From assembly GCF_009914755.1 (NCBI RefSeq), contig NC_060925.1: a stretch of 64,000 nt of DNA; one strand, written 5' to 3'. Origin of the DNA: the human T2T-CHM13v2.0 reference genome, Homo sapiens. The translations under genes were made by a program, and so were the position numbers. Positions 13,130-28,100 of the stretch are shown here, one piece after another (position 1 is the stretch's first letter; the number at the start of each line of letters is the position of its first letter). The notes below the pieces were generated by a model, which was given only the letters and a program-made list of their open reading frames with translations, did not search any database and was not told where the DNA came from.

Positions 13130-16100
13130 CATCATCTTCGAATGGACCCGAATGGAATCATCATCCAACGGCAGCTAATGGAATCAACATCGAATGAATC
13201 GAATGGAAACACCATCGAATTGAAACGAGTGGAATTATCATGAAATTGAAATGGATGGACTCATCATCGAATGGATTCGAATGGAATCATCGAATAAAAT
13301 TGATTGAAATCATCATCAAATGGAATCGAATGGTAGCATTGAATGGAATCGAATGGAATCATCATCAGATGGAAATGAATGGAATCGTCATAGAATGGAA
13401 TCGAATGGATTCATTGAATGGAATCAGATGGAATCTTCGAATGGACTGGAATGGAATCATTGAATGGACTCGAAAGGGATCATCATTGAATGGAATTGAA
13501 TGGAATCATCGAATGGTCTCGATTGGAATCATTATCAAATGGAATCGAATGGAATCACCGAATAGAATCGAATGGAACAATCATCGAATGGACTCAAATG
13601 AAATTATCCTCAAGTGGAATCGAATGGAATTATCGAATGCAATCGAATGGAATTATCGAATGCAATCGAATAGAATCATCGAATGGACTCGAATGGAATC
13701 ATCGAATGGAATGGAATGGAACAGTCAATGAACTCGAATGGAATCATCGAGTGGAATCGAATGAAATTATGATCAAATGGAATCGAATGTAATCATCATC
13801 AAATGGAATCAAAAATAACCATCATCAATTGATATTCAATGGAATTGTCATCAAATGGAATTCAAAGGTATCATCATCAAATGGAACCGAATGGAATCCT
13901 CATTGAATGGAAATGAAAGGGGTCATCATCTAATGGAATCGCATGGAATCATCATCAAATGGAATCGAATGGAATCATCATCAAATGGAATCTAATGGAA
14001 TCATTGAACAGAATTGAATGGAATCGTCATCGAATGAATTGAATGCAATCATCGAATGGTCTCGAATGGAATCATCTTCTAATGGAAAGGAATGGAATCA
14101 TCGCATAGAATCGAATGGAATTAACATTGAATGGACTCGAATGGAATCAACATCAAACGGAATCAAGCGGAATTATCGAATGGAATCGAAGAGAATCATC
14201 GAATGGACTCGAATGGAATCATCTAATGGAATGGAATGGAATAATCCACGGACTCGAATGCAATCATCATCGTATAGAATCGAATGGAATCATCGAATGG
14301 ACTCGAATGGAATAATCATTGAACGGAATCGAATGGAATCATCATCGGATGGAAACGAATGGAATCATCATCGAATGGAAATGAAAGGAGTCATCATCTA
14401 ATGGAATTGCATGGAATCATCATAAAATGGAATCGAATGGAATCAACATCAAATGGAATCAAATGGAATCATTGAACGGAATTGAATGGAATCGTCATCG
14501 AATGAATTGAATGCAATCATCGAATGGTCTCGAATGGAATCATCTTCAAATGGAATGGAATGGAATCATCGCATAGAATCGAATGGAATTATCATCGAAT
14601 GGAATCGAATGGAATCAACATCAAACGGAAAAAAACGGAATTATCGAATGGAATCGAAGAGAATCATCGAACGGACCCGAATGGAATCATCTAATGGAAT
14701 GGAATGGAATAATGCATGGACTCGAATGCAATCATCATCGAATGGAATCGAATGGAATCATCGAATGGACTCGAATGGAATAATCATTGAACGGATTCGA
14801 ATGGAGTCATCATCGGATGGAAACGAATGGAATCATCATCGAATGGAAATGAAAGGATTCATCATCTAATGGAATTGCATGGAATCATCATAAAATGGAA
14901 TCGAATGGAATCAACATCAAATGGAATCAAATGGAATCATTGAACGGAATTGAATGGAATCGTCAACGAATGAATTGAATGCAATCATCGAATGGTCTCG
15001 AATGGAATCATCTTCAAATGGAATGGAATGGAATCATCGCATAGAATCGAATGGAATTATCATCGAATGGAATCGAATGGAATCAACATCAAACGGAAAA
15101 ATCGGAATTATCGTATGGAATCGAAGAGAATCATCGAATGGACCCGAATGGAATCATCTAATGGAGTGGAATGGAAAAATCCATGGACTCGAATGCAATC
15201 ATCATCGAATGGAATCGAATGGAATCATAGAATGGACTCGAATGGAATAATCATCGAACGGAATCGAATGGAGTCATCATCGGATGGAAATGAATGGAAT
15301 CATCATCGAATGGAATCGAATAGAATTATGGAATGAAATCCAGTGTGATCATCATCGAATGGACCCGAATGGAATCATCATCCAACGGAAGCTAATGGAA
15401 TCAACATCGAATGAATCGAATGGAAACACCATCGAATTGAAACGAATGGAATTATCATGAAATTGAAATGGATGGACTCATCATCGAATGGATTCGAATG
15501 GAATCATCGAATAAAATTGATTGAAATCATCAACAAATGGAATCGAATGGTATCATTGAAGGGAATCGAATGGAATCATCATCAGATGGAAATGAATGGA
15601 ATCGTCATAGAATGGAATCGAATGGATTCATTGAATGGAATCAGATGGAATCATCGAATGGACTGGAATGGAATCATTGAATGGACTCGAAAGGATTCAT
15701 TATTGAATGCAATTGAATGGAATCATCGAATGGTCTCGATTGGAATCATTATCAAATGGAATCGAATGGAATCACAGAATAGAATCGAATGGAACAATCA
15801 TCGAATGGACTCAAATGGAATTATCCTCAAATGGAATCGAATGGAAATATCGAATGTAATCGAATGGAATTATCGAATGCAATCGAATAGAATCATCGAA
15901 TGGACTCGAATGGAATCATCGAATGGAATGGAATGGAACAGTCAATGAACTCGAATGGAATCATCATTGAATGGAATCGAATGGAATCATCGAGTGGAAT
16001 CGAATGGAATTATGATCAAATGGAATCGAATGTAATCATCATCAAATGGAATCAAAAATAACCATCATCAATTGGTATTGAATGGAATTGTCATCAAATG

Positions 16101-19100
16101 GAATTCAAAGGAATCATCATCAAATGGAACCGAATGGAATCCTCATTGAATGGAAATGAAAGGGGTCATCATCTAATGGAATCGCATGGAATCATCATCA
16201 AATGGAATCGAATGGAATCATCATCAAATGGAATCTAATGGAATCATTGAACAGAATTGAATGGAATCGTCATCGAATGAATTGAATGCAATCATCGAAT
16301 GGTCTCGAATGGAATCATCTTCTAATGGAAAGGAATGGAATCACCGCATAGAATCGAATGGAATTAACATTGAATGGACTCGAATGGAATCCACATCAAA
16401 CGGAATCAAGCGGAATTATCGAATGGAATCGAAGAGAATCATCGAATGGACTCGAATGGAATCATCTAATGGAATGGAATGGAATAATCCACGGACTCGA
16501 ATGCAATCATCATCGTATAGAATCGAATGGAATCATTGAATGGACTCGAATGGAATAATCATTGAACGGAATCAAATGGAATCATCATCGGATGGAAACG
16601 AATGGAATCATCATCGAATGGAAAAGAAAAGAGTCATCATCTAATGGAATTGCATGGAATCATCATAAAATGGAATCGAATGGAATCAACATCAAATGGA
16701 ATCAAATGGAATCATTGAACGGAATTAAATGGAATCGTCATCGAATGAATTGAATGCAATCATCGAATGGTCTCGAATGGAATCATCTTCTAATGGAAAG
16801 TAATGGAATCATCGCATAGAATCGAATGGAATTAAAATTGAATGGACTCGAATGGAATCAACATCAAACGGAAAAAAACGGAAATATCGAATGGAATCGA
16901 AGAGAATCATCGAATGGACCCGAATGGAATCATCTAATGGAATGGAATGGAATAATCCATGGACTCGAATGCAATCATCATCGAATGGAATCGAATGGAA
17001 TCATCGAATGGACTCGAATGGAATAATCATTGAACGGAATCGAATGAAATCATCATGGGATGGAAACGAATGGAATCATCATCGAATGGAAATGAAAGGA
17101 GTCATGTAATGGAATTACATGGAATCATCATAAAATGGAATCGAATGGAATCAACATCAAATGGAATCCAATGGAATCATTGAACGGAATTGAATGAATC
17201 GTCATCGTATCAATTGAATGCAATCATCGAATGATCTCGAATGGAATCATGTTCAAATGGAATGGAATGGAATCATCGCATAGAATCGAATGTAATTATC
17301 ATCGAATGGAATCGAATGAAATCAACAACAAACGGAAAAAAAAGGAATTATCGAATGGAATCAAAGAGAATCATCGAATGGACCCGAATGGAATCATCTA
17401 ATGGAATGGAATGGAATAATCCATGGACTCGAATGCAATCATCATCGAATGGAATCGAATGGAATCATCGAATGGACTCGAATGGAATAATCATTGAAAG
17501 GAATCGAATGGAATCATCATCGGATGGAAATGAATGGAATCATCATCGAATGGAATCGAATAGAATTATGGAATGAAATCCAGTGTGATCATCATCGAAT
17601 GCACCCGAATGGAATCATCATCCAACGGAATCTAATGGAAACAACATCGAATGAATCGAAAGGAAACACCATCGAATTGAAACGAGTGGAATTATCATGA
17701 AATTGAAATGGATGGACTCATCATCGAATGGATTCGAATGGAATCATCGAATAAAATTGATTGAAATCATCATCAAATGGAATCGAATGGTATCATTGAA
17801 TGGAATCGAATGGAATCATCATCAGATGGAAATGAATGGAATCGTCATAGAATGGAATCGAATGGATTCATTGAATGGAATCAGATGGAATCATCGAATG
17901 GACTGGAATGGAATCATTGAATGGACTCGAGAGAGATCATTATTGAATGGAATTGAATGGAATCATGGAATGGTCTCGATTGGAATCATTATCAAATGGA
18001 ATCGAATGGAATCACCGAATAGAATCGAATGGAACAATCATCGAATGGACTCCAATGGAATTATCCTCAAATGGAATCGAATGGAATTATCGAATGCAAT
18101 CGAATGGAATTATCGAATGCAATCGAATAGAATCATCGAATGGACTCGAATGGAATCATCGAATGGAATGGAATGGAACAGTCAATGAACTCGAATGGAA
18201 TCATCATTGAATGGAATCGAATGGAATCATCGAGTGGAATCGAATGGAATTATGATCAAATGGAATCGAATGTAATCATCACCAAATGGAATCAAAGATA
18301 ACCATCATCAATTGGTATTGAATGGAATTGTCATCAAATGGAATTCAAAGGAATCATCACCAAATGGAACCGAAAGGAATCCTCATTGAATGGAAATGAA
18401 AGGGGTCATCATCTAATGGAATCGCATGGAATCATCATCAAATGGAATCGAATGGAATCATCATCAGATGGAATCTAATGGAATCATTGAACAGAATTGA
18501 ATGGAATCGTCATCGAATGAATTGAATGCAATCATCGAATGGTCTCGAATGGAATCATCTTCTAATGGAAAGGAATGGAATCATCGCATAGAATCGAATG
18601 GAATTAACATTGAATGGACTCGAATGGAATCCACATCAAACGGAATCAAGCGGAATTATCGAATGGAATCGAAGAGAATCATCGAATGGACTCGAATGGA
18701 ATCATCTAAAGGAATGGAATGGAATAATCCACGGACTCGAATGCAATCATCATCGTATAGAATCGAATGGAATCATTGAATGGACTCGAATGGAATAATC
18801 ATTGAACGGAATCAAATGGAATCATCATCGGATGGAAACGAATGGAATCATCATCGAATGGAAAAGAAAAGAGTCATCATCTAATGGAATTGCATGGAAT
18901 CATCATAAAATGGAATCGAATGGAATCAACATCAAATGGAATCAAATGGAATCATTGAACGGAATTAAATGGAATCGTCATCGAATGAATTGAATGCAAT
19001 CATCGAATGGTCTCGAATGGAATCATCTTCTAATGGAAAGTAATGGAATCATCGCATAGAATCGAATGGAATTAAAATTGAATGGACTCGAATGGAATCA

Positions 19101-22100
19101 ACATCAAACGGAAAAAAACGGAAATATCGAATGGAATCGAAGAGAATCATCGAATGGACCCGAATGGAATCATCTAATGGAATGGAATGGAATAATCCAT
19201 GGACTCGAATGCAATCATCATCGAATGGAATCGAATGGAATCATCGAATGGACTCGAATGGAATAATCATAGAACGGAATCGAATGGAATCATCATCGGA
19301 TGGAAATGAATGGAATCATCATCGAATGGAATCGAATAGAATTATGGAATGAAATCCAGTGTGATCATCATCGAATGCACCCGAATGGAATCATCATCCA
19401 ACGGAATCTAATGGAAACAACATCGAATGAATCGAATGGAAACACCATCGAATTGAAACGAGTGGAATTATCATGAAATTGAAATGGATGGACTCATCAT
19501 CGAATGGATTCGAATGGAATCATCGAATAAAATTGATTGAAATCATCATCAAATGGAATCGAATGGTATCATTGAAAGGAATCGAATGGAATCATCATCA
19601 GATGGAAATGAATGGAATCGTCATAGAATGGAATCGAATGGATTCATTGAATGGAATCAGATGGAATCATCGAATGGACTGGAATGGAATCATTGAATGG
19701 ACTCGAGAGGGATCATTATTGAATGGAATTGAATGGAATCATGGAATGGTCTCGATTGGAATCATTATCAAATGGAATCGAATGGAATCACCGAATAGAA
19801 TCGAATGGAACAATCATCGAATGGACTCCAATGGAATTATCCTCAAATGGAATCGAATGGAATTATCGAATGCAATCGAATGGAATTATCGAATGCAATC
19901 GAATAGAATCATCGAATGGACTCGAATGGAATCATCGAATGGAATGGAATGGAACAGTCAATGAACTCGAATGGAATTATCATTGAATGGAATCGAATGG
20001 AATCATCGAGTGGAATCGAATGGAATTATGATCAAATGGAATCGAATGTAATCATCATCAAATGGAATCAAAGATAACCATCATCAATTGGTATTGAATG
20101 GAATTGTCATCAAATGGAATTCAAAGGAATCATCACCAAATGGAACCGAAAGGAATCCTCATTGAATGGAAATGAAAGGGGTCATCATCTAATGGAATCG
20201 CATGGAATCATCATCAAATGGAATCGAATGGAATCATCATCAGATGGAATCTAATGGAATCATTGAACAGAATTGAATGGAATCGTCATCGAATGAATTG
20301 AATGCAATCATCGAATGGTCTCGAATGGAATCATCTTCTAATGGAAAGGAATGGAATCATCGCATAGAATCGAATGGAATTAACATTGAATGGACTCGAA
20401 TGGAATCAACATCAAACGGAATCAAGCGGAATTATCGAATGGAATCGAAGAGAATCATCGAATGGACTCGAATGGAATCATCTAATGGAATGGAATGGAA
20501 TAATCCACGGACTCGAATGCAACCACCATCGTATAGAATCGAATGGAAACATCAAATGGAATCATCGAATGGACTCGAATGGAATAATCATTGAACGGAA
20601 TCGAATGGAATCATCATCGAATGGAAACGAATGGAATCATCATCGAATGGAAATGAAAGGAGTCATCTAATGGAATTGCATGGAATCATCATCAAATGGA
20701 ATCGAATGGAATCAACATCAAATGGAATCAAATGGAATCATTGAACGGAATTGAATGGAATCGTCATCGAATGAATTGAATGCAATCATCGAATGGTCTC
20801 GAATGGAATCATCTTCAAATGGAATGGAATGGAATCATCGCATAGAATCGAATGGAATTATCATCGAATGGAATCGAATGGAATCAACATCAAACGGAAA
20901 AAAACGGAATTATCGAATGGAATCGAAGAGAATCATCGAATGGACCCGAATGGAATCATCTAATGGAAAGGAATGGAATAATCCATGGACTCGAATGCAA
21001 TCATCATCGAATGGAATCGAATGGAATCATCGAATGGACTCGAATGGAATAATCATAGAACGGAATCGAATGGAATCATCATCGGATGGAAATGAATGGA
21101 ATCATCATCGAATGGAATCGAATAGAATTATGGAATGAAATCCAGTGTGATCATCATCGAATGGACCCGAATGGAATCATCATCCAACGGAAGCTAATGG
21201 AATCAACATCGAATGAATCGAATGGAAACACCATCGAATTGAAACGAATGGAATTATCATGAAATTGAAATGGATGGACTCATCATCGAATGGATTCGAA
21301 TGGAATCATCGAATAAAATTGATTGAAATCATCATCAAATTGAATCGAATGGTATCATTGAATGGAATCAAATGGAATCATCATCAGATGGAAAAGAATG
21401 GAATCGTCATAGAATGGAATCGAATGGATTCATTGAATGGAATCAGATGGAATCATCGAATGGACTGGAATGGAATCATTGAATGGACTCGAAAGGGATC
21501 ATGATTGAATGGAATTGAATGGAATCATCGAATGGTCTCGATTGGAATCATTATCAAATGGAATCGAATGGAATCACCGAATAGAATCGAATGGAACAAT
21601 CATCGAATGGACTCCAATGGAATTATCCTCAAATGGAATCGAATGGAATTATCGAATGCAATCGAAAGGAAATATCGAATGCAATCGAATAGAATCATCG
21701 AATGGACTCGAATGGAATCATCGAATGGAATGGAATGGAACAGTCAATGAACTCGAATGGAATCATCATTGAATGGAATCGAATGGAATCATCGAGTGCA
21801 ATCGAATGGAATTATGATCAAATGGAATCGAATGTAATCATCAAATGGAATCAAAAATAACCATCATCAATTGGTATTGAATGGAATTGTCATCAAATGG
21901 AATTCAAAGGAATCATCATCAAATGGAACCGAAAGGAATCCTCATTGAATGGAAATGAAAGGGGTCATCATCTAATGGAATCACATGGAATCATCATCAA
22001 ATGGAATCGAATGGAATCATCATCAAATGGAATCTAATGGAATCATTGAACAGAATTGAATGGAATCGTCATCGAATGAATTGAATACAATCATCGAATG

Positions 22101-25100
22101 GTCTCGAATGGAATCATCTTCTAATGGAAAGGAATGGAATCATCGCATAGAATCGAATGGAATTAACATTGAATGGACTCGAATGGAATCAACATCAAAC
22201 GGAATCAAGCGGAATTATCGAATGTAATCGAAGAGAACCATCGAATGGACTCCAATGGAATCATCTAATGGAATGGAATGGAATAATCCACGGACTCGAA
22301 TGCAATCATCATCGTATAGAATCGAATGGAATCATTGAATGGACTCGAATGGAATCATCATTGAACAGAATCGAATGGAATCATCATCGGATGGAAACGA
22401 ATGGAATTATCATCGAATGGAAATGAAAGGAGTCATCATCTAATGGAATCGCATGGAATCATCATAAAATGGAATCGAATGGAATCAACATCAAATGGAA
22501 TCAAATGGAATCATTGAACGGAATTGAATGGAATTGTCATCGAATGAATTGAATGCAATCATCGAATGGTCTCGAATGAAATCATCTTCAAATGGAATGG
22601 AATGGAATCATCGCATAGAATCGAATGGAATTATCATCGAATGGAATCGAAAGGTATCAACATCAAACGGAAAAAAACGGAATTATCGAATGGAATCGAA
22701 GAGAATCATCGAACGGACACGAATGGAATCATCTAATGGAAAGGAATGGAATAATCCATGGACTCGAATCCAATCATCATCGAATGGAATCATTGAAAGG
22801 ACTCTAATGGAATAATCATTGAACGGAATCGAATGGAATCATCATCGAATGGAAACTAATGGAATCATCATCGAATGGAAATGAAAGGAGTCATCTAATG
22901 GAATTGCACGGAATCAACATAAAATGGAATCGAATGGAATCAACATCAAATGGAATGAAATGGAATCATTGAACGGAATTGAATGGAATCTTCATCGAAT
23001 GAATTGAATGCAATCATCGAATGGTCTCGAATGGAATCATCTTCAAATGGAATGGAATGGAATCATCGCATAGAATCGAATGGAATTATCATCGAATGGA
23101 ATCGAATGGAATCAACATCAAACGGAGAAAAACGGAATTATCGAATGGAATCGAAGAGAATCATCGAATGGACCCGAATGGAATCATCTAATGGAATGGA
23201 GTGGAATAATCCATGGACTCGAATGCAATCATCATCGAATGGAATCGAATGGAATCATCGAATGGACTCGAATGGAATAATCATTGAACGGAATCGAATG
23301 GAATCATCATCGGATGGAAATGAATGGAATCATCATCGAATGGAATCGAATAGAATTATGGAATGAAATCCAGTGTCATCATCTTCGAATGGACCCGAAT
23401 GGAATCATCATCCAACGGCAGGTAATGGAATCAACATCGAATGAATCGAATGGAAACACCATCGAATTGAAACGAGTGGAATTATCATGAAATTGAAATG
23501 GATGGACTCATCATCGAATGGATTCGAATGGAATCATCGAATAAAATTGATTGAAATCATCATCAAATGGAATCGAATGGTAGCATTGAATGGAATCGAA
23601 TGGAATCATCATCAGATGGAAATGAATGGAATCGTCATAGAATGGAATCGAATGGATTCATTGAATGGAATCAGATGGAATCTTCGAATGGACTGGAATG
23701 GAATCATTGAATGGACTCGAAAGGGATCATCATTGAATGGAATTGAATGGAATCATCGAATGGTCTCGATTGGAATCATTATCAAATGGAATCGAATGGA
23801 ATCACCGAATAGAATCGAATGGAACAATCATCGAATGGACTCAAATGAAATTATCCTCAAGTGGAATCGAATGGAATTATCGAATGCAATCGAATGGAAT
23901 TATCGAATGCAATCGAATAGAATCATCGAATGGACTCGAATGGAATCATCGAATGGAATGGAATGGAACAGTCAATGAACTCGAATGGAATCATCATTGA
24001 ATGGAATCGAATGGAATCATCGAGTGGAATCGAATGAAATTATGATCAAATGGAATCGAATGTAATCATCATCAAATGGAATCAAAAATAACCATCATCA
24101 ATTGATATTCAATGGAATTGTCATCAAATGGAATTCAAAGGTATCATCATCAAATGGAACCGAATGGAATCCTCATTGAATTGAAATGAAAGGGGTCATC
24201 ATCTAATGGAATCGCATGGAATCATCATCAAATGGAATCGAATGGAATCATCATCAAATGGAATCTAATGGAATCATTGAACAGAATTGAATGGAATCGT
24301 CATCGAATGAATTGAATGCAATCATCGAATGGTCTCGAATGGAATCATCTTCTAATGGAAAGGAATGGAATCATCGCATAGAATCGAATGGAATTAACAT
24401 TGAATGGACTCGAATGGAATCAACATCAAACGGAATCAAGCGGAATTATCGAATGGAATCGAAGAGAATCATCGAATGGACTCGAATGGAATCATCTAAT
24501 GGAATGGAATGGAATAATCCACGGACTCGAATGCAATCATCATCGTATAGAATCGAATGGAATCATCGAATGGACTCGAATGGAATAATCATTGAATGGA
24601 ATCGAATGGAATCATCATCGGATGGAAACGAATGGAATCATCATCGAATGGAAATGAAAGGAGTCATCATCTAATGGAATTGCATGGAATCATCATAAAA
24701 TGGAATCGAATGGAATCAACATCAAATGGAATCAAATGGAATCATTGAACGGAATTGAATGGAATCGTCATCGAATGAATTGAATGCAATCATCGAATGG
24801 TCTCGAATGGAATCATCTTCAAATGGAATGGAATGGAATCATCGCATAGAATCGAATGGAATTATCATCGAATGGAATCGAATGGAATCAACATCAAACG
24901 GAAATAAACGGAATTATCGAATGGAATCGAAGAGAATCATCGAACGGACCCGAATGGAATCATCTAATGGAATGGAATGGAATAATGCATGGACTCGAAT
25001 GCAATCATCATCGAATGGAATCGAATGGAATCATCGAATGGACTCGAATGGAATAATCATTGAACGGAATCGAATGGAGTCATCATCGGATGGAAACGAA

Positions 25101-28100
25101 TGGAATCATCATCGAATGGAAATGAAAGGATTCATCATCTAATGGAATTGCATGGAATCATCATAAAATGGAATCGAATGGAATCAACATCAAATGGAAT
25201 CAAATGGAATCATTGAACGGAATTGAATGGAATCGTCAACGAATGAATTGAATGCAATCATCGAATGGTCTCGAATGGAATCATCTTCAAATGGAATGGA
25301 ATGGAATCATCGCATAGAATCGAATGGAATTATCATCGAATGGAATCGAATGGAATCAACATCAATCGGAAAAATCGGAATTATCGTATGGAATCGAAGA
25401 GAATCATCGAATGGACCCGAATGGAATCATCTAATGGAGTGGAATGGAAAAATCCATGGACTCGAATGCAATCATCATCGAATGGAATCGAATGGAATCA
25501 TCGAATGGACTCGAATGGAATAATCATCGAACGGAATCGAATGGAGTCATCATCGGATGGAAATGAATGGAATCATCATCGAATGGAATCGAATAGAATT
25601 ATGGAATGAAATCCAGTGTGATCATCATCGAATGGACCCGAATGGAATCATCATCCAACGGAAGCTAATGGAATCAACATCGAATGAATCGAATGGAAAC
25701 ACCATCGAATTGAAACGAATGGAATTATCATGAAATTGAAATGGATGGACTCATCATCGAATGGATTCGAATGGAATCATCGAATAAAATTGATTGAAAT
25801 CATCAACAAATGGAATCGAATGGTATCATTGAAGGGAATCGAATGGAATCATCATCAGATGGAAATGAATGGAATCGTCATAGAATGGAATCGAATGGAT
25901 TCATTGAATGGAATCAGATGGAATCATCGAATGGACTGGAATGGAATCATTGAATGGACTCGAAAGGATTCATTATTGAATGCAATTGAATGGAATCATC
26001 GAATGGTCTCGATTGGAATCATTATCAAATGGAATCGAATGGAATCACAGAATAGAATCGAATGGAACAATCATCGAATGGACTCAAATGGAATTATCCT
26101 CAAATGGAATCGAATGGAAATATCGAATTTAATCGAATGGAATTATCGAATGCAATCGAATAGAATCATCGAATGGACTCGAATGGAATCATCGAATGGA
26201 ATGGAATGGAACAGTCAATGAACACGAATGGAATCATCATTGAATGGAATCGAATGGAATCATCGAGTGGAATCGAATGGAATTATGATCAAATGGAATC
26301 GAATGTAATCATCATCAAATGGAATCAAAAATAACCATCATCAATTGGTATTGAATGGAATTGTCATCAAATGGAATTCAAAGGAATCATCATCAAATGG
26401 AACCGAATGGAATCCTCATTGAATGGAAATGAAAGGGGTCATCATCTAATGGAATCGCATGGAATCATCATCAAATGGAATCGAATGGAATCATCATCAA
26501 ATGGAATCTAATGGAATCATTGAACAGAATTGAATGGAATCGTCATCGAATGAATTGAATGCAATCATCGAATGGTCTCGAATGGAATCATCTTCTAATG
26601 GAAAGGAATGGAATCACCGCATAGAATCGAATGGAATTAACATTGAATGGACTCGAATGGAATCCACATCAAACGGAATCAAGCGGAATTATCGAATGGA
26701 ATCGAAGAGAATCATCGAATGGACTCGAATGGAATCATCTAATGGAATGGAATGGAATAATCCACGGACTCGAATGCAATCATCATCGTATAGAATCGAA
26801 TGGAATCATTGAATGGACTCGAATGGAATAATCATTGAACGGAATCAAATGGAATCATCATCGGATGGAAACGAATGGAATCATCATCGAATGGAAAAGA
26901 AAAGAGTCATCATCTAATGGAATTGCATGGAATCATCATAAAATGGAATCGAATGGAATCAACATCAAATGGAATCAAATGGAATCATTGAACGGAATTA
27001 AATGGAATCGTCATCGAATGAATTGAATGCAATCATCGAATGGTCTCGAATGGAATCATCTTCTAATGGAAAGTAATGGAATCATCGCATAGAAACGAAT
27101 GGAATTAAAATTGAATGTACTCGAATGGAATCAACATCAAACGGAAAAAAACGGAAATATCGAATGGAATCGAAGAGAATCATCGAATGGACCCGAATGG
27201 AATCATCTAATGGAATGGAATGGAATAATCCATGGACACGAATGCAATCATCATCGAATGGAATCGAATGGAATCATCGAATGGACTCGAATGGAATAAT
27301 CATTGAACGGAATCGAATGAAATCATCATGGGATGGAAACGAATGGAATCATCATCGAATGGAAATGAAAGGAGTCATGTAATGGAATTACATGGAATCA
27401 TCATAAAATGGAATCGAATGGAATCAACATCAAATGGAATCCAATGGAATCATTGAACGGAATTGAATGAATCGTCATCGAATCAATTGAATGCAATCAT
27501 CGAATGATCTCGAATGGAATCATGTTCAAATGGAATGGAATGGAATCATCACATAGAATCGAATGTAATTATCATCGAATGGAATCGAATGAAATCAACA
27601 ACAAACGGAAAAAAAAGGAATTATCGAATGGAATCAAAGAGAATCATCGAATGGACCCGAATGGAATCATCTAATGGAATGGAATGGAATAATCCATGGA
27701 CTCGAATGCAATCATCATCGAATGGAATCGAATGGAATCATCGAATGGACTCGAATGGAATAATCATTGAAAGGAATCGAATGGAATCATCATCGGATGG
27801 AAATGAATGGAATCATCATCGAATGGAATCGAATAGAATTATGGAATGAAATCCAGTGTGATCATCATCGAATGCACCCGAATGGAATCATCATCCAACG
27901 GAATCTAATGGAAACAACATCGAATGAATCGAAAGGAAACACCATCGAATTGAAACGAGTGGAATTATCATGAAATTGAAATGGATGGACTCATCATCGA
28001 ATGGATTCGAATGGAATCATCGAATAAAATTGATTGAAATCATCATCAAATGGAATCGAATGGTATCATTGAATGGAATCGAATGGAATCATCATCAGAT

